A stretch of 61,269 bases of DNA, filler included. It is 7 parts of 7 records of this genome, joined end to end, with 100 filler letters (N's around TTAATTAATTAA, not from the genome) between each part and the next. Parts side by side here need not be neighbours in the genome. Positions count along the whole stretch, not along the records: positions 7,243 to 22,646 come from DRR723986_16085; positions 22,747 to 29,279 come from DRR723986_16091; 5 more parts are not named here. The stretch is one strand, 5' to 3'. Both the position numbers and the translations under genes were made by a program. The notes below the pieces were generated by a model. It made no database searches. It was given only the letters and a program-made list of their open reading frames with translations, and was not told the origin of the DNA. The stretch's first letter is position 1; each line of letters begins with the position of its first letter. This document shows positions 18,954-28,790 of this stretch, piece after piece.

Positions 18954-19722
18954 GACGCGTTCCGGTCAGCGGAACGCTCTTGGCGAACGGATTCTGCCGA
19001 GCATTAAGGGCTTGATCCTGCGTCTCTTGGCGGAGCTGCGAAAGAGCTTGCAGTTCCATCTGAGTCGCAGCAATCGCGCGTCGAAGATCCTGCACCGTCG
19101 GTTCAGATGGAGCCAAAGCGGCCGCTCGAACAAGCTGTGCTTTTCGCGCCGTCGCTCGAGGGTCTCCTTCGACCGGCGACGTGTCAATCTTGACCTTGCC
19201 GCCGACAGCATAACGCTTTCCATCTGGGCCCTGAGCGTACGTGTAGCTAGGGCCGCTCTTTGCGTAACGACCAGCAGTCGCCAATCGGGCCCGCTCGTGC
19301 GCACGAACTTGGCGGTCTCTGGCTTCGAGCTTCTTAATCTGCTCGATCTCTTCAGGCGTCAGTTCGGAATCAAGTTTCGGTGGCTCGGATTCTTCTTGCG
19401 ACGCACGCGTGACTCGCTTGGCTGCTTCAGAATCCTCACCGGATTTCCCACTGGGACGCCGATCCGCCGCGGCCGATCGATCTTCGCGCCCCGGCAATCC
19501 AGTTAGAGTCTCCTCGGACTCGGCCTTACCAGGTTGTTCTGGTGATTGTTCGGAGGAAACACCAGCCAACCTGAGTCGTGCTTCTTCTGAGAAATCAACC
19601 CGGTCCTCGATCGCTGGTCGCGGCGCAACCGGTGCAGCAGCTTGCTGAGGGCTGGTCCCCTCGCTTCCAGCCGAAGGCGTGGAGCTCGGAGGGAGCGTCG
19701 ATATGAACCTATTGATTTCCAT
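18937..19722 (-). CDS. SprA-related family protein (CJM1_0395-like), degenerate HExxH
   Basis: RDRQVRAHE, GPDGKRYAVGG, IDTSP, AALAPSEP..QD. Confidence 0.85.
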   Translation of the reverse strand: MEINRFISTLPPSSTPSAGSEGTSPQQAAAPVAPRPAIEDRVDFSEEARLRLAGVSSEQSPEQPGKAESEETLTGLPGREDRSAAADRRPSGKSGEDSEAAKRVTRASQEESEPPKLDSELTPEEIEQIKKLEARDRQVRAHERARLATAGRYAKSGPSYTYAQGPDGKRYAVGGKVKIDTSPVEGDPRATARKAQLVRAAALAPSEPTVQDLRRAIAATQMELQALSQLRQETQDQALNARQNPFAKSVPLTGTRLNTVA

Positions 19723-19869
19723 ATCGGAAACCTATCATATCTCCCTCACTGGAAACCCGCTGCGGCTTGAACCAATTCGCGGCGGCAACGGATAAACACC
19801 GCCAACACTGCCGGTTGTAACGACCATACCGCCTCTACGCACCAAATTCTGGCCGAATCGCAATTGCCA

Positions 19870-19905
19870 GACTCGCGATTGGGGACTCGCGATTGGGGAC
19901 TCGCG
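19870..19905. repeat. 14-bp tandem repeat GACTCGCGATTGGG x2.6
   Basis: Read directly from the sequence. Confidence 0.9.
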
Positions 19906-20348
19906 GCTAACTACGGTGACTGCACCTAAGGCAGAGCCAGCTCAGAAATCACCGCAAAATAGCCATGCAACTGCCGCGGTTGAGACGGTGATGTTTCCGA
20001 TGTGCAACAATGCGTTCTCTGGCGAGCACCACAACTGGGGCGCTCACGCTAGCTTCGAGTGGGGTTAGCCATTGAAATCACGAACTGAAGGCTGCTGGTC
20101 GCGGACAGCGCTTCGGCCTCCTCCAATTGGGTGTTCTGATGAAGTTTCCAGCTCTCTTGAGACTCGCGATCGCGATAGTCTGCCTGTTTCGCCTCACCGA
20201 ATCGCAGATGACGATCGCCTCTGAGACTATCACTCTACAACCGCCCAACCCCAGCTACAGCAAAGTCGGTTGGGCGGCGACTCTTGTGAGAAAACAACCG
20301 TAGACAATTCGAGCTAAACGATCTACCGCATCGAACTTGCCACGAGCG

Positions 20349-20846
20349 TTAGGTTATCTTCTTTTCGTAGAACATCGCGCGTCCCATTTTGGGATCAAGC
20401 TCATAGGCCGCGAAGCCGAACTTTTTGTAAACGTGTTGAGCGACATGGTTTCCTTCGAGTACCTCAAGTGTCAACTTGCAGCACCCCCGCCGTTTCGCTT
20501 CGCTTTCGATTTCGGCCAGCAGCTTCACTGAAATACCTTGACCACGAAATGCCGGTGCGACCACAAAATCATGAATGTTCATGATCGGGCGGCAAGCGAA
20601 CGTGGAAAAGCCTTCGAAACAAATCGCCAATGCGACTGGCACTTGATCTTCCCAAGCCATCAGCACGCAGCAGTTGTTACGCTTGCGGAGCTCTTCAACC
20701 AAGTGAGTCTGAGTGTACTCAGGCAGAGGCTCACCACCGCCCATAATATCGGTAGCGTAATCGCACAGTAGAGCGAGAGCGCCCTCGGCGACTTTGTCAG
20801 ACTCTAGGTCTGCAACTCCAAACTCAAGCATGCTGTCCCTTCCCAC
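20349..20846 (-). CDS. GNAT family N-acetyltransferase
   Basis: GFSTF, IHDFVVAPAFRGQGI, KLTLEVLEGN, YKKFGF. Confidence 0.9.
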   Translation of the reverse strand: MGRDSMLEFGVADLESDKVAEGALALLCDYATDIMGGGEPLPEYTQTHLVEELRKRNNCCVLMAWEDQVPVALAICFEGFSTFACRPIMNIHDFVVAPAFRGQGISVKLLAEIESEAKRRGCCKLTLEVLEGNHVAQHVYKKFGFAAYELDPKMGRAMFYEKKIT

Positions 20847-21030
20847 TTTGTTCGCACGTCAAATGCACCCGTGCACCGATCTTGTAAGGCGTAGCCTATT
20901 CCACGTCATCCTTGCGACAACCACCATTCGATCAAGGTTCGCGTGTTTTGGCGTGGGTCTGTGAAAGTGCATTCATCGGCAGCAGGGCGAGTGCCAAGAC
21001 GGCGATGCACTCCTCTGCTGGCTGCCAACC

Positions 21031-21081
21031 GATTCCACTCCGCCAAGGGATTCCACTCCGCCAAGGGATTCCACTCCTCCA
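21031..21081. repeat. 18-bp tandem repeat GATTCCACTCCGCCAAGG x2.8
   Basis: Read directly from the sequence. Confidence 0.9.
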
Positions 21082-21332
21082 GCCCAGCATGTCACCTCTC
21101 GCTTTGGGCCGTTTGGAAAAGGACGGACGTTTGCCTGGCAGAGGGCTCCTCTTAGCCCCTGGATTTCGTAACTCAAGCGCAGGCCCGAGGATGCGCTCTT
21201 GCATGGGTTTGCGCGGACTGGTGCGACGGCTATTGTCGGTGGTGGCCTGGGACATAAAGTAGTGCGTCCTGTGAAGGGTCAGCGTTGAGGAATTCCACAA
21301 GAATCGCGACAGGTAAAAAAGACGGAAGTGCA

Positions 21333-22646
21333 ATGAACGAACGGAAACGCTTGCAAGAATCGGTCCGCAGAGAGGCAAATTGGCAGCGTTGGGGGCCATA
21401 CCTGTCCGAACGACAATGGGGAACCGTACGAGAAGACTACTCGGACAATCAGGATGCTTGGCGGTATTTCCCTCACGATCACGCTCGCAGCCGGGCTTAT
21501 CGATGGGGCGAAGATGGCTTGCTGGGTATCACGGATCGGCAATGCCGCCTGTGCTTTTCGTTCGCATTCTGGAACGGAAATGATCCAATTCTGAAAGAGC
21601 GGCTGTTTGGGTTGACCGGTCCCGAAGGAAATCACGCCGAGGATGTAAAGGAATGCTACTACTACGTCGACAGCACACCAACGCACTCCTACATGAAGGG
21701 GCTTTACAAGTACCCGCATCGCAGCTTCCCCTACGAGGACCTTGTCAAGCAGAATCGAGACCGCGGCCTACAGGACCTTGAATACGAGCTGGTCGACACG
21801 GGCGTCTTTGAACACGGTTACTTCGACTGCGAAATCGAATATTGCAAAGCCGGACCCAACGACATTCTGATTCGAATGACCGCCACGAACCGCGGACAGC
21901 AAGCTGCACCGCTACATGTTCTACCGCAATGGTGGTACCGCAACACTTGGACATGGGATTGCACGCACGAAGGCTGTACTCCGAAGCCGACCATGCGTAG
22001 CGCACAAAGTGCACCGGAACTCAACTTGCCCGAGCAGGCGATCGTACTCAACCACACTACACTGGGTAAGTGGGCCGTTGCGACGGACACCGACGGCGAT
22101 GGCAGTTCCGCTGAAGTTCTATTCACTGATAACGAAACGAACCCTCATTTACATCCTGAAGTGCCTGTAACGAGCACGCATTACAAAGACGCCTTCCACC
22201 GCTACGTGATCGCTGGCGAGCGACAAAGTGTAAACGAGAAGAATACTGGCACCAAAGTAGCCGCGGTAACATCACACCAAGTTGCTCCAGGTGAAAGCGT
22301 GGTCATTCGAGCGCGTATGTGCGCGGTGGACGAAGCCCCAAGCGAGTGGTTTGGGGCTGCATTTGAGGATGTGTTCGCGGACCGGAAGGCGGAAGCGGAT
22401 GAGTTCTACGACGATTGCATCCCGGCCAAGCTGTCGCGCGAAGAGCACGAGGTCTCACGTCAGGCCTACGCTGGTCTGTTGTGGACGAAGCAGTTTTATC
22501 ATTACGTTGTCGACGCTTGGCTGAAGGGCGACAACAACTATGAAGTGAACACGAACTCGCGACGGCATGGCCGAAACCATGACTGGAAACACCTGTTCAA
22601 TCGCGACGTCATTAGCATGCCTGACAAGTGGGAGTACCCTTGGTAC
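21333..22646 (+). CDS. GH63 / MGH1-like glucosidase, 3'-partial
   Basis: WGPYLSERQWGTVREDYS, AYRWGEDG, LKERLFGLT, SMPDKWEYPWY. Runs into the linker. Confidence 0.9.
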
Positions 22647-22746
22647 NNNNNNNNNNNNNNNNNNNNNNNNNNNNNNNNNNNNNNNNNNNNTTAATTAATT
22701 AANNNNNNNNNNNNNNNNNNNNNNNNNNNNNNNNNNNNNNNNNNNN
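22647..22746. other. Artificial contig linker
   Basis: 44 N + TTAATTAATTAA + 44 N. Confidence 0.99.
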
Positions 22747-22747
22747 T

Positions 22748-22987
22748 ATTCCGCTCGCGAGTGCCACGCCCGTCACGCTAAATTCAGGACTTAACACTTT
22801 TGACTTTAGCCAGGCAGTCAATGTAACCGGCAGTTTACTGTGGCTGACTGACTTGCCCGGCAATGTTAAAGGCGCTCTCAGCGGCGAACTTAACGCCGAT
22901 AATTCGATTAGCGCTGACGACTTCGTGCAACTGTTTACACCTAACTTTGGGATTGTTAATCCCGGACAGGTTCCGGCGCTGGATTAA
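22748..22987 (+). CDS. 5'-partial CDS missing from the ORF track; shares its C-terminal domain with the downstream large protein
   Basis: Open frame IPLASATPVTLNSGLNTFDFSQ...GELNADNSISADDFVQLFTPNFGIVNPGQVPALD*; the last 34 aa are 26/34 identical to the tail of 23594..28402. Confidence 0.9.
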   Translation: MPLASATPVTLNSGLNTFDFSQAVNVTGSLLWLTDLPGNVKGALSGELNADNSISADDFVQLFTPNFGIVNPGQVPALD

Positions 22988-23000
22988 ACCTCTTCCGCTG

Positions 23001-23030
23001 GGGAGCTGGTTTTTCCGTCGCTCCCTTTTG
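23001..23030 (+). terminator. Probable terminator
   Basis: GGGAGC...GCTCCC stem followed by TTTT just after the stop at 22987. Confidence 0.5.
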
Positions 23031-23047
23031 TCCAAAATGTGGGGTGG

Positions 23048-23106
23048 CGCTTTGAGCTGCTTTTTGCCTTGGCACGTGCCGGCGGCAAGGACGCATCTCA
23101 GGCTTG
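23048..23106. repeat. Bipartite hairpin element CGCTTTGAGCTGC...GCATCTCAGGCTTG, copy 1
   Basis: Both arms recur exactly at 28545-28583. Confidence 0.75.
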
Positions 23107-23286
23107 GGTGTTTTTTATGTTAGTCTCTTAGCCCCAAGCCTCCGGCTCTTGATTCTCAGGACTTGATTGTCATTGAGACTGCCGGCCGGCAGCCCGCCAT
23201 AAGTCAAAAAGCCTCAAGGACCTGAGTCTGTCATTGAAAGGCCCGTCTGCAGTCTTGAACGCTTCAGAATCTGAGAACTCAAGTTT

Positions 23287-23325
23287 TCCCCATAGCTGTT
23301 AGCCTTAGGCTAACAGCTATGGGGA
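23287..23325. repeat. 39-bp palindrome with perfect 19-bp arms
   Basis: TCCCCATAGCTGTTAGCCT-T-AGGCTAACAGCTATGGGGA. Confidence 0.95.
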
Positions 23326-23593
23326 TCGCCGCCCAACTCCAAGCCTCGACACCCGACTCCCATTGCGTATTTATAGAGTACTTTTTGCGTAACGACACCA
23401 CTTCTTGCCTAGAGTATCTTTGTTGCTGTGACTGGCGACAAGCTCTATTGGCCATTGCCGGCACACATGTAGCAACTCTGCGCTTGGCTCGCTAATACGC
23501 AAATCAGTTGACCTTCCGGCGGCTACCGACGGCGATTTCAGCTTGGCGCTCACACAGTCAGATTTCACATCTCGTAAAAACTATCGGGGATCA

Positions 23594-26500
23594 ATGATGG
23601 CACTGCAAGCTTTCAGATACCTTCTCCTGGCATCGTTCCTGTGCCTACTGTCTCCAGTCACGAGTTTGGCAGCCAATGTTTTCTGGGATGCTGCCGTAAG
23701 CGGTGACTGGGACGACCCAACAAAGTGGACCGGCGGAGCTGTTCCGCAAGCCGGTGATGATGTTTTCATTGACGTTGCGGGGACGTACACGGTAACCCTG
23801 GATCATGCGAATGTTGGTGTCAACAGCCTGACGGTTGGCGGGGCCAGTGGTGAACAAACCCTAGAATTAAGGTTTCGGACTTTAACACTGGACGCTGCGA
23901 GTGAAATTGGTGCGAACGGTATATTGCAGATGCGCTCGGCGACCATAAATGGTGCCGGCAACCTTGATCTTAAAGGTCAGACGCGGCTGCTACAAACGAA
24001 CCAACTTTTTAACATTTGCACCAATTTTGCGGGCGCGCGCATTGTAATTGAAGGCTCGACTTTTGGCAATTCTGACCTGCGTGTTGAAAATGAATTAGAG
24101 AACCGCGGAGCGATCGTCCTGACCAATACGGACGCAGGAACAGCACGTTTTGCAGCGTTGTCAGTCCGCAGTAACGACATGTTTATCAACGGAACCGGCG
24201 CGACATTTACAGTCATAGAAGGCGCCCGTTCAGGCTTGCGGCAGTTAACAGTTGAAGCGGGTGCGGAAGTTCAAAACTTCGGCTCAATTCATATTGCACA
24301 TGCCACCACTTTTGACCCAGGTTCCAATGCAGAAATAGATAACCGCGGAACGATTCTCGCCACTGGTGGAACACTAACCGTCTCACAGGTCGCCAACTCT
24401 GAATTTCAAAACCCGGGTGCTATTAGTGTAGGTGCAGGGCATAGCGTTGTGTTTACCAACGGGCGTTTTGTGCACGATGGTGGCCAATACACAGGCACCG
24501 GAATCTTAAACTTCAGTTTCGTGACGGTTAATGGTGCAGGCACATTTGATCCGGAAATGGATAGTTTCATGCGTTCCTGTACCTTTAACTCAAAGGTCGA
24601 AAATTCGCAAATGATGAGTTTGAGTGGCACAAACACTTTTAATGCTTTGTTAGAAAATACGCTCACAGGTGTGCTGGGGATTATAGGTGGTACTAATGGG
24701 AATGCAGAGCTGCGCGCCAATGCCAAAGTTGAGAACCGTGGACTGATTCGTTTAACAAACGAGCATCCAACTATCGCACGCACAGCTATCGTCCGGCTCA
24801 ATAATGCCGCCGCACATTTTGTTAACGAAACTGGCGCTTCAATTCAAATTGTCAATGGAACGGTGGCCGGCCAGCGCATTCTTGTGAATGGTTCAGGGTC
24901 CGAATTTGAAAACTTTGCAGAAATCACTGGTGATGCTGACTATATTATTGACAGTGACGGCACATCCGAGTTCCGAAACGCCGGTACGCTGAGCATCACA
25001 TCTTCCAACGTTGAATTGCAAAACCAAAGCCAGGCTCAGTTCTTTAATAATGGTGCAATCAATGTCAGTGCAGGACAGCAATTCTCCGCCGCTAACGGCA
25101 AGTATGTTCAGCAGGGCGGAACACTGAGCGGCGCTGGTTCGGCTGAATTTGAATTTGTGACTCTTAACGGCAACGTGGAGTTTGTCAACGAACTTTCTTC
25201 AGTTTTTCGTGCCTGTACGTTTAACGCAGCGTTTAAGAACGAAGGCGTAGCGATTTTGCGCGCTTTAGCCAGGTTTAATGCACGCTTCCTGAATACTGTA
25301 AACGCACGTACGATTGTCCAGGCAAGCGCAAATGGTAATGGTGAACTACGCATCGAAGACCGCGGAATTAATCAGGGACTGGTAATCTATGAAAATGTTG
25401 ATAACAACACCGCCCGCACCGCTCGTATAAGTGTCCAGGCGACGCATCGTTTCACAAATGCGACAGGTGCTGAAATCTCAATTCGTCAAGGTCTGAGTGG
25501 CGGGCTGCGCGATATCTTAGTGGAAAATGATGGAAACTTCCTGAATTTTGGTGAGATAAATAACAATGTTGAATATACGATTGATCTTAACAACGGCGTT
25601 TTTGACAACAACGCTGATCTGACTTTAACCAATGCCACCGTTACGATCAGTCAGACGGCGCAGTCGCAGTTTACGAATTCAGGTGTCATCGCCGTTGCAA
25701 CGGGCCTGACGCTTTCCTTTAACAACGGTGCCTTGGGCAGTGACGGTGGCCGCATTGAAGGTGGCGGTCTGCTCTCGCTTGAGTTTGCAGACCTCGAAGG
25801 TGATTCCTTTATTACCAACATCTTAACTGACTTGCGGTCGGCCGATGTCGACGTCGCCTACGAAAACAGGTTAACAACCAACCTGTTCGGCACAAATACT
25901 TTTAACAAGCCGCTCGTAAACGGTAGCGGTGCAACCCTTAATGTGGTGGGCTCCGATGCCGCTGGGGCGGCCCTGGCGCGTATAAACAGCAGCCTCAAGA
26001 ATTTTGGACTGATCCGTATATCCAGCTCACATCCACTTCTGCCACAAACGGCATCCATTCAGGTGAATACCCCAGGCAGTAGCTTTGAAAACTGTACCGG
26101 CGCTACAATTCAGTTTTTAAGCGGCAGCAACGGCGGTGCCAGGCAAATCACGCTCGAAAGCGGCAAAGTATTGCGCAATTTTGGCACGATTGAAAATGAT
26201 GTAGAGGCGATCATTGACAACAACAACGGCACCGTTGCGAATCATGGCCTCCTGCGCGCCAGTGGCGCAAACCTAGACGTACAGCAGGCCGGTCTGGCAG
26301 GGCGGGTGATCAACTCAGGGCAGATAAACATCAGCCCCGGGCGACTTCTGGAAATCTCCAACGGAACTTTTGAGTCCGCCGGCGGTACAGTTCAGGGTGG
26401 CGGTGAGTTACTTCTGGAGTTCGGAGACATCGATGGAGCCAGTCCCTTCGTTATTGGCACGCCAACTCGCGTCAGAGGCAAAACCGTAAAAGTGCCACTT

Positions 26501-28402
26501 GTTAATAACTCAACGTTCAGAATCAATGGACTCTGCACTTTTGAGGAAGCCGTTGAGAATGCTACAGGAGCCACACTTGAAGTAGAAGGTAATGCCAACG
26601 GCGGCAACGCGCGCATGGAAGCCGATAAAGACTTCTCAAACTTCGGAACTTTTGAGCTGTTAAACAGTGACGTGGTGTCACGCAGTGTGCAGATCGATAT
26701 CGCGAAAGAGTTCTTAAATACAAGTAATGCCACCATTAAATTTGGCCAAGGAGTAGCCGCTAGTACCCGCCGAATAAATATCTTAACAGGTGCTGAATTA
26801 TTGAACTTTGGCATGATCGAATCCGCCAGCACCGCTACGATTGATAACCAAAGTGCGCTGTTTATTCAGCAGGGCGATTTGCAGGTCTCTGGTGGGACTC
26901 TCACAGTCGACCAGACAGTAACGGCCGAACTCCGATTGGGTGGCCAGCCGCATATCGCGTCAAATGCAACGCTCTTTGTGGATGATGGTAATGTTCGCAT
27001 GAAAAGCCCGCAGTTAAGCGGCGGTGGTCTACTCGAGATTTTGGATGCTGAAATTCTTGGGAATCAAACCTTTACCAACAGTATCCATACGCGCTTACGC
27101 GAAAGTTCAGTGAATCCGCCGGTTGTTAACGAAGGACTGCTGGGCTTACGCGGCGATATAGACCTGCTCTCCTTCTTCGAAAATACGAGCACGGCAACAC
27201 TTGCACTGGAAAGTACGGCGGACGACCTTAGCTCTGAAGTCCGCGTGCATACAGGCATGCTAAACTCCGGTATCCTGTTAATGGACAACCTGGACCCAGG
27301 TGTTGCGTTTGAAACTGAAATCATTCTTGAAGAGGGTGTGACAATTACAAGTGCTACCGGAGCGACGATTAACGCATTGGCGACTGTAGGCGGCAGCAGA
27401 GCTTTTACCTTCGTTTCAACTGGCACACTTCAGTCATTTGGCGACATATTTGTAGCCTCCGGCGCGACCTTAAGGTCCTTTGGTTTTGAGGGCTCAAGAA
27501 TTGTAATCGGTACTACAGCTACGGCCGGCCCGCCTGCAATCATCAGTGGCTTTGGTATAATTGATTTGAACCCAGGACTGCTCCAAGTCTTTGCCTCCGT
27601 AACTCCTGGTGCTTCCGCCGGTGCTTTACAATATCAAGGTTCTTTTACGGTCAGAAATCGCCGTTCGGTGGTTGAAATTGAATTGGGTGGCACAACGCCT
27701 GGCACGCAACACGATCAATTTAACGTGACAGGGACAATGCGCTTCGGCGGCATCCTGGATATTCAGTTGATTGACGGATTTGTACCGCAGGCGGGCGACG
27801 AGTTTGTAATTTTGACCTATGCAAATCACGTCGGAGAATTTGAACAAATCCGCGGACTGGATCTCGGGAATGGTGAGTTTTTAACTGCAGAATACCGCTC
27901 CGATAAACTCGTCCTCTTTATCTCCAGTGAAACGATCGTGGATGTTGATGTCTACATGCACGGCCTCTGGAATGGTTCGACGCACAAACGCTCAGCGGCA
28001 ATTGTTGAACTGCGCGAAGGTGCTGACCTGGCGACGTCCACATTGGCGAGTCGCACCAGCGCATTAATTGATGTTAACGGGCGTGTGCGGGCCGAATTTG
28101 AATCTGTGCAAAGCGGTGACTACTGGGTGATCGTACGTCACGGTGGTAACTTTGCCGTTGCTTCCAAAATACGCCAGACAATTACACAGGGCGAAATTAA
28201 CTCGGTAGACTTTACAAATACCGACGATGTGTTTAACGGCGACAACGCAATGTTCACAGTTCTGTTAAACGGCACAAACTACGATGTAGTCCGCACGGGG
28301 GATTTTAATGCGGACCAGAGTGCTTCGGCAGATGATTTTATCCAGTTCTTCATTCCTAACTTTGGGGTTGTTAACCCTGGTCAGGTGCCTGCGCTGGATT
28401 AA
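23594..28402 (+). CDS. Large secreted beta-solenoid-like repeat protein (adhesin/passenger-like) with C-terminal dockerin-like tail
   Basis: Signal peptide after ATG 23594 (RBS GGGGA), N-cap WDAAVSGDWDDPTKW, six ~210-aa NxG-rich repeats, a GGTTPGTQHDQFNVTG cap domain and C-terminal DFNADQSASADDF. Confidence 0.9.
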   Translation: MMALQAFRYLLLASFLCLLSPVTSLAANVFWDAAVSGDWDDPTKWTGGAVPQAGDDVFIDVAGTYTVTLDHANVGVNSLTVGGASGEQTLELRFRTLTLDAASEIGANGILQMRSATINGAGNLDLKGQTRLLQTNQLFNICTNFAGARIVIEGSTFGNSDLRVENELENRGAIVLTNTDAGTARFAALSVRSNDMFINGTGATFTVIEGARSGLRQLTVEAGAEVQNFGSIHIAHATTFDPGSNAEIDNRGTILATGGTLTVSQVANSEFQNPGAISVGAGHSVVFTNGRFVHDGGQYTGTGILNFSFVTVNGAGTFDPEMDSFMRSCTFNSKVENSQMMSLSGTNTFNALLENTLTGVLGIIGGTNGNAELRANAKVENRGLIRLTNEHPTIARTAIVRLNNAAAHFVNETGASIQIVNGTVAGQRILVNGSGSEFENFAEITGDADYIIDSDGTSEFRNAGTLSITSSNVELQNQSQAQFFNNGAINVSAGQQFSAANGKYVQQGGTLSGAGSAEFEFVTLNGNVEFVNELSSVFRACTFNAAFKNEGVAILRALARFNARFLNTVNARTIVQASANGNGELRIEDRGINQGLVIYENVDNNTARTARISVQATHRFTNATGAEISIRQGLSGGLRDILVENDGNFLNFGEINNNVEYTIDLNNGVFDNNADLTLTNATVTISQTAQSQFTNSGVIAVATGLTLSFNNGALGSDGGRIEGGGLLSLEFADLEGDSFITNILTDLRSADVDVAYENRLTTNLFGTNTFNKPLVNGSGATLNVVGSDAAGAALARINSSLKNFGLIRISSSHPLLPQTASIQVNTPGSSFENCTGATIQFLSGSNGGARQITLESGKVLRNFGTIENDVEAIIDNNNGTVANHGLLRASGANLDVQQAGLAGRVINSGQINISPGRLLEISNGTFESAGGTVQGGGELLLEFGDIDGASPFVIGTPTRVRGKTVKVPLVNNSTFRINGLCTFEEAVENATGATLEVEGNANGGNARMEADKDFSNFGTFELLNSDVVSRSVQIDIAKEFLNTSNATIKFGQGVAASTRRINILTGAELLNFGMIESASTATIDNQSALFIQQGDLQVSGGTLTVDQTVTAELRLGGQPHIASNATLFVDDGNVRMKSPQLSGGGLLEILDAEILGNQTFTNSIHTRLRESSVNPPVVNEGLLGLRGDIDLLSFFENTSTATLALESTADDLSSEVRVHTGMLNSGILLMDNLDPGVAFETEIILEEGVTITSATGATINALATVGGSRAFTFVSTGTLQSFGDIFVASGATLRSFGFEGSRIVIGTTATAGPPAIISGFGIIDLNPGLLQVFASVTPGASAGALQYQGSFTVRNRRSVVEIELGGTTPGTQHDQFNVTGTMRFGGILDIQLIDGFVPQAGDEFVILTYANHVGEFEQIRGLDLGNGEFLTAEYRSDKLVLFISSETIVDVDVYMHGLWNGSTHKRSAAIVELREGADLATSTLASRTSALIDVNGRVRAEFESVQSGDYWVIVRHGGNFAVASKIRQTITQGEINSVDFTNTDDVFNGDNAMFTVLLNGTNYDVVRTGDFNADQSASADDFIQFFIPNFGVVNPGQVPALD

Positions 28403-28440
28403 CTGCAAATGTCTGTTGTGTGTAAAGTGTTTCGATTCAG

Positions 28441-28472
28441 AAGTGGCGGGGCCGCAAGGTTCCGCCACTTTT
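28441..28472 (+). terminator. Rho-independent terminator
   Basis: AAGTGGCGG...CCGCCACTT followed by TT. Confidence 0.75.
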
Positions 28473-28544
28473 AGCTGCAAAAATTCAGCGAATGTCTACC
28501 GTGGGATTACGTCGCGCTTACAAATTTGACTGAGTCACGAGCGA

Positions 28545-28583
28545 CGCTTTGAGCTGCCGCGTTGCACTTGCATCTCAGGCTTG
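28545..28583. repeat. Bipartite hairpin element, copy 2
   Basis: Same 13-bp and 14-bp arms as 23048-23106 with a shorter loop. Confidence 0.75.
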
Positions 28584-28706
28584 TAGTTTGTTTTTGTTTA
28601 TCGCTGAGTCACACGTTTTCAGTAATTGAGACCATTTCAAGACCGGACCCAAACAATTCAGCCTACAGCTCCTGAACCCCCAAGTCTGTTTTTGAGTCTG
28701 GAGCCG

Positions 28707-28790
28707 GGAATTGCGCCCGAAGATGCGCCCAAAAACGCGCTCAAAGATGCGCCCAGAGACGCGGCCAAAGATGCGCCCAAAGACGCGCCC
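28707..28790. repeat. Degenerate 12-bp tandem array (AAAGAYGCGCCC) x7
   Basis: Read directly from the sequence. Confidence 0.9.

Noticed and set aside
18906-21081. Short repeats as a CRISPR array
   Set aside because: The units are directly adjacent with no spacers, differ from each other, and no cas genes are present.
20912-21399. ORFs with QGIPLR / WRSGIP repeats
   Set aside because: They are translations of the 18-bp tandem repeat with no protein-family signature.
23287-23325. Palindrome as an integron attC site
   Set aside because: GTT precedes AAC (wrong order), there are no extrahelical bases, and it does not directly follow a stop codon.
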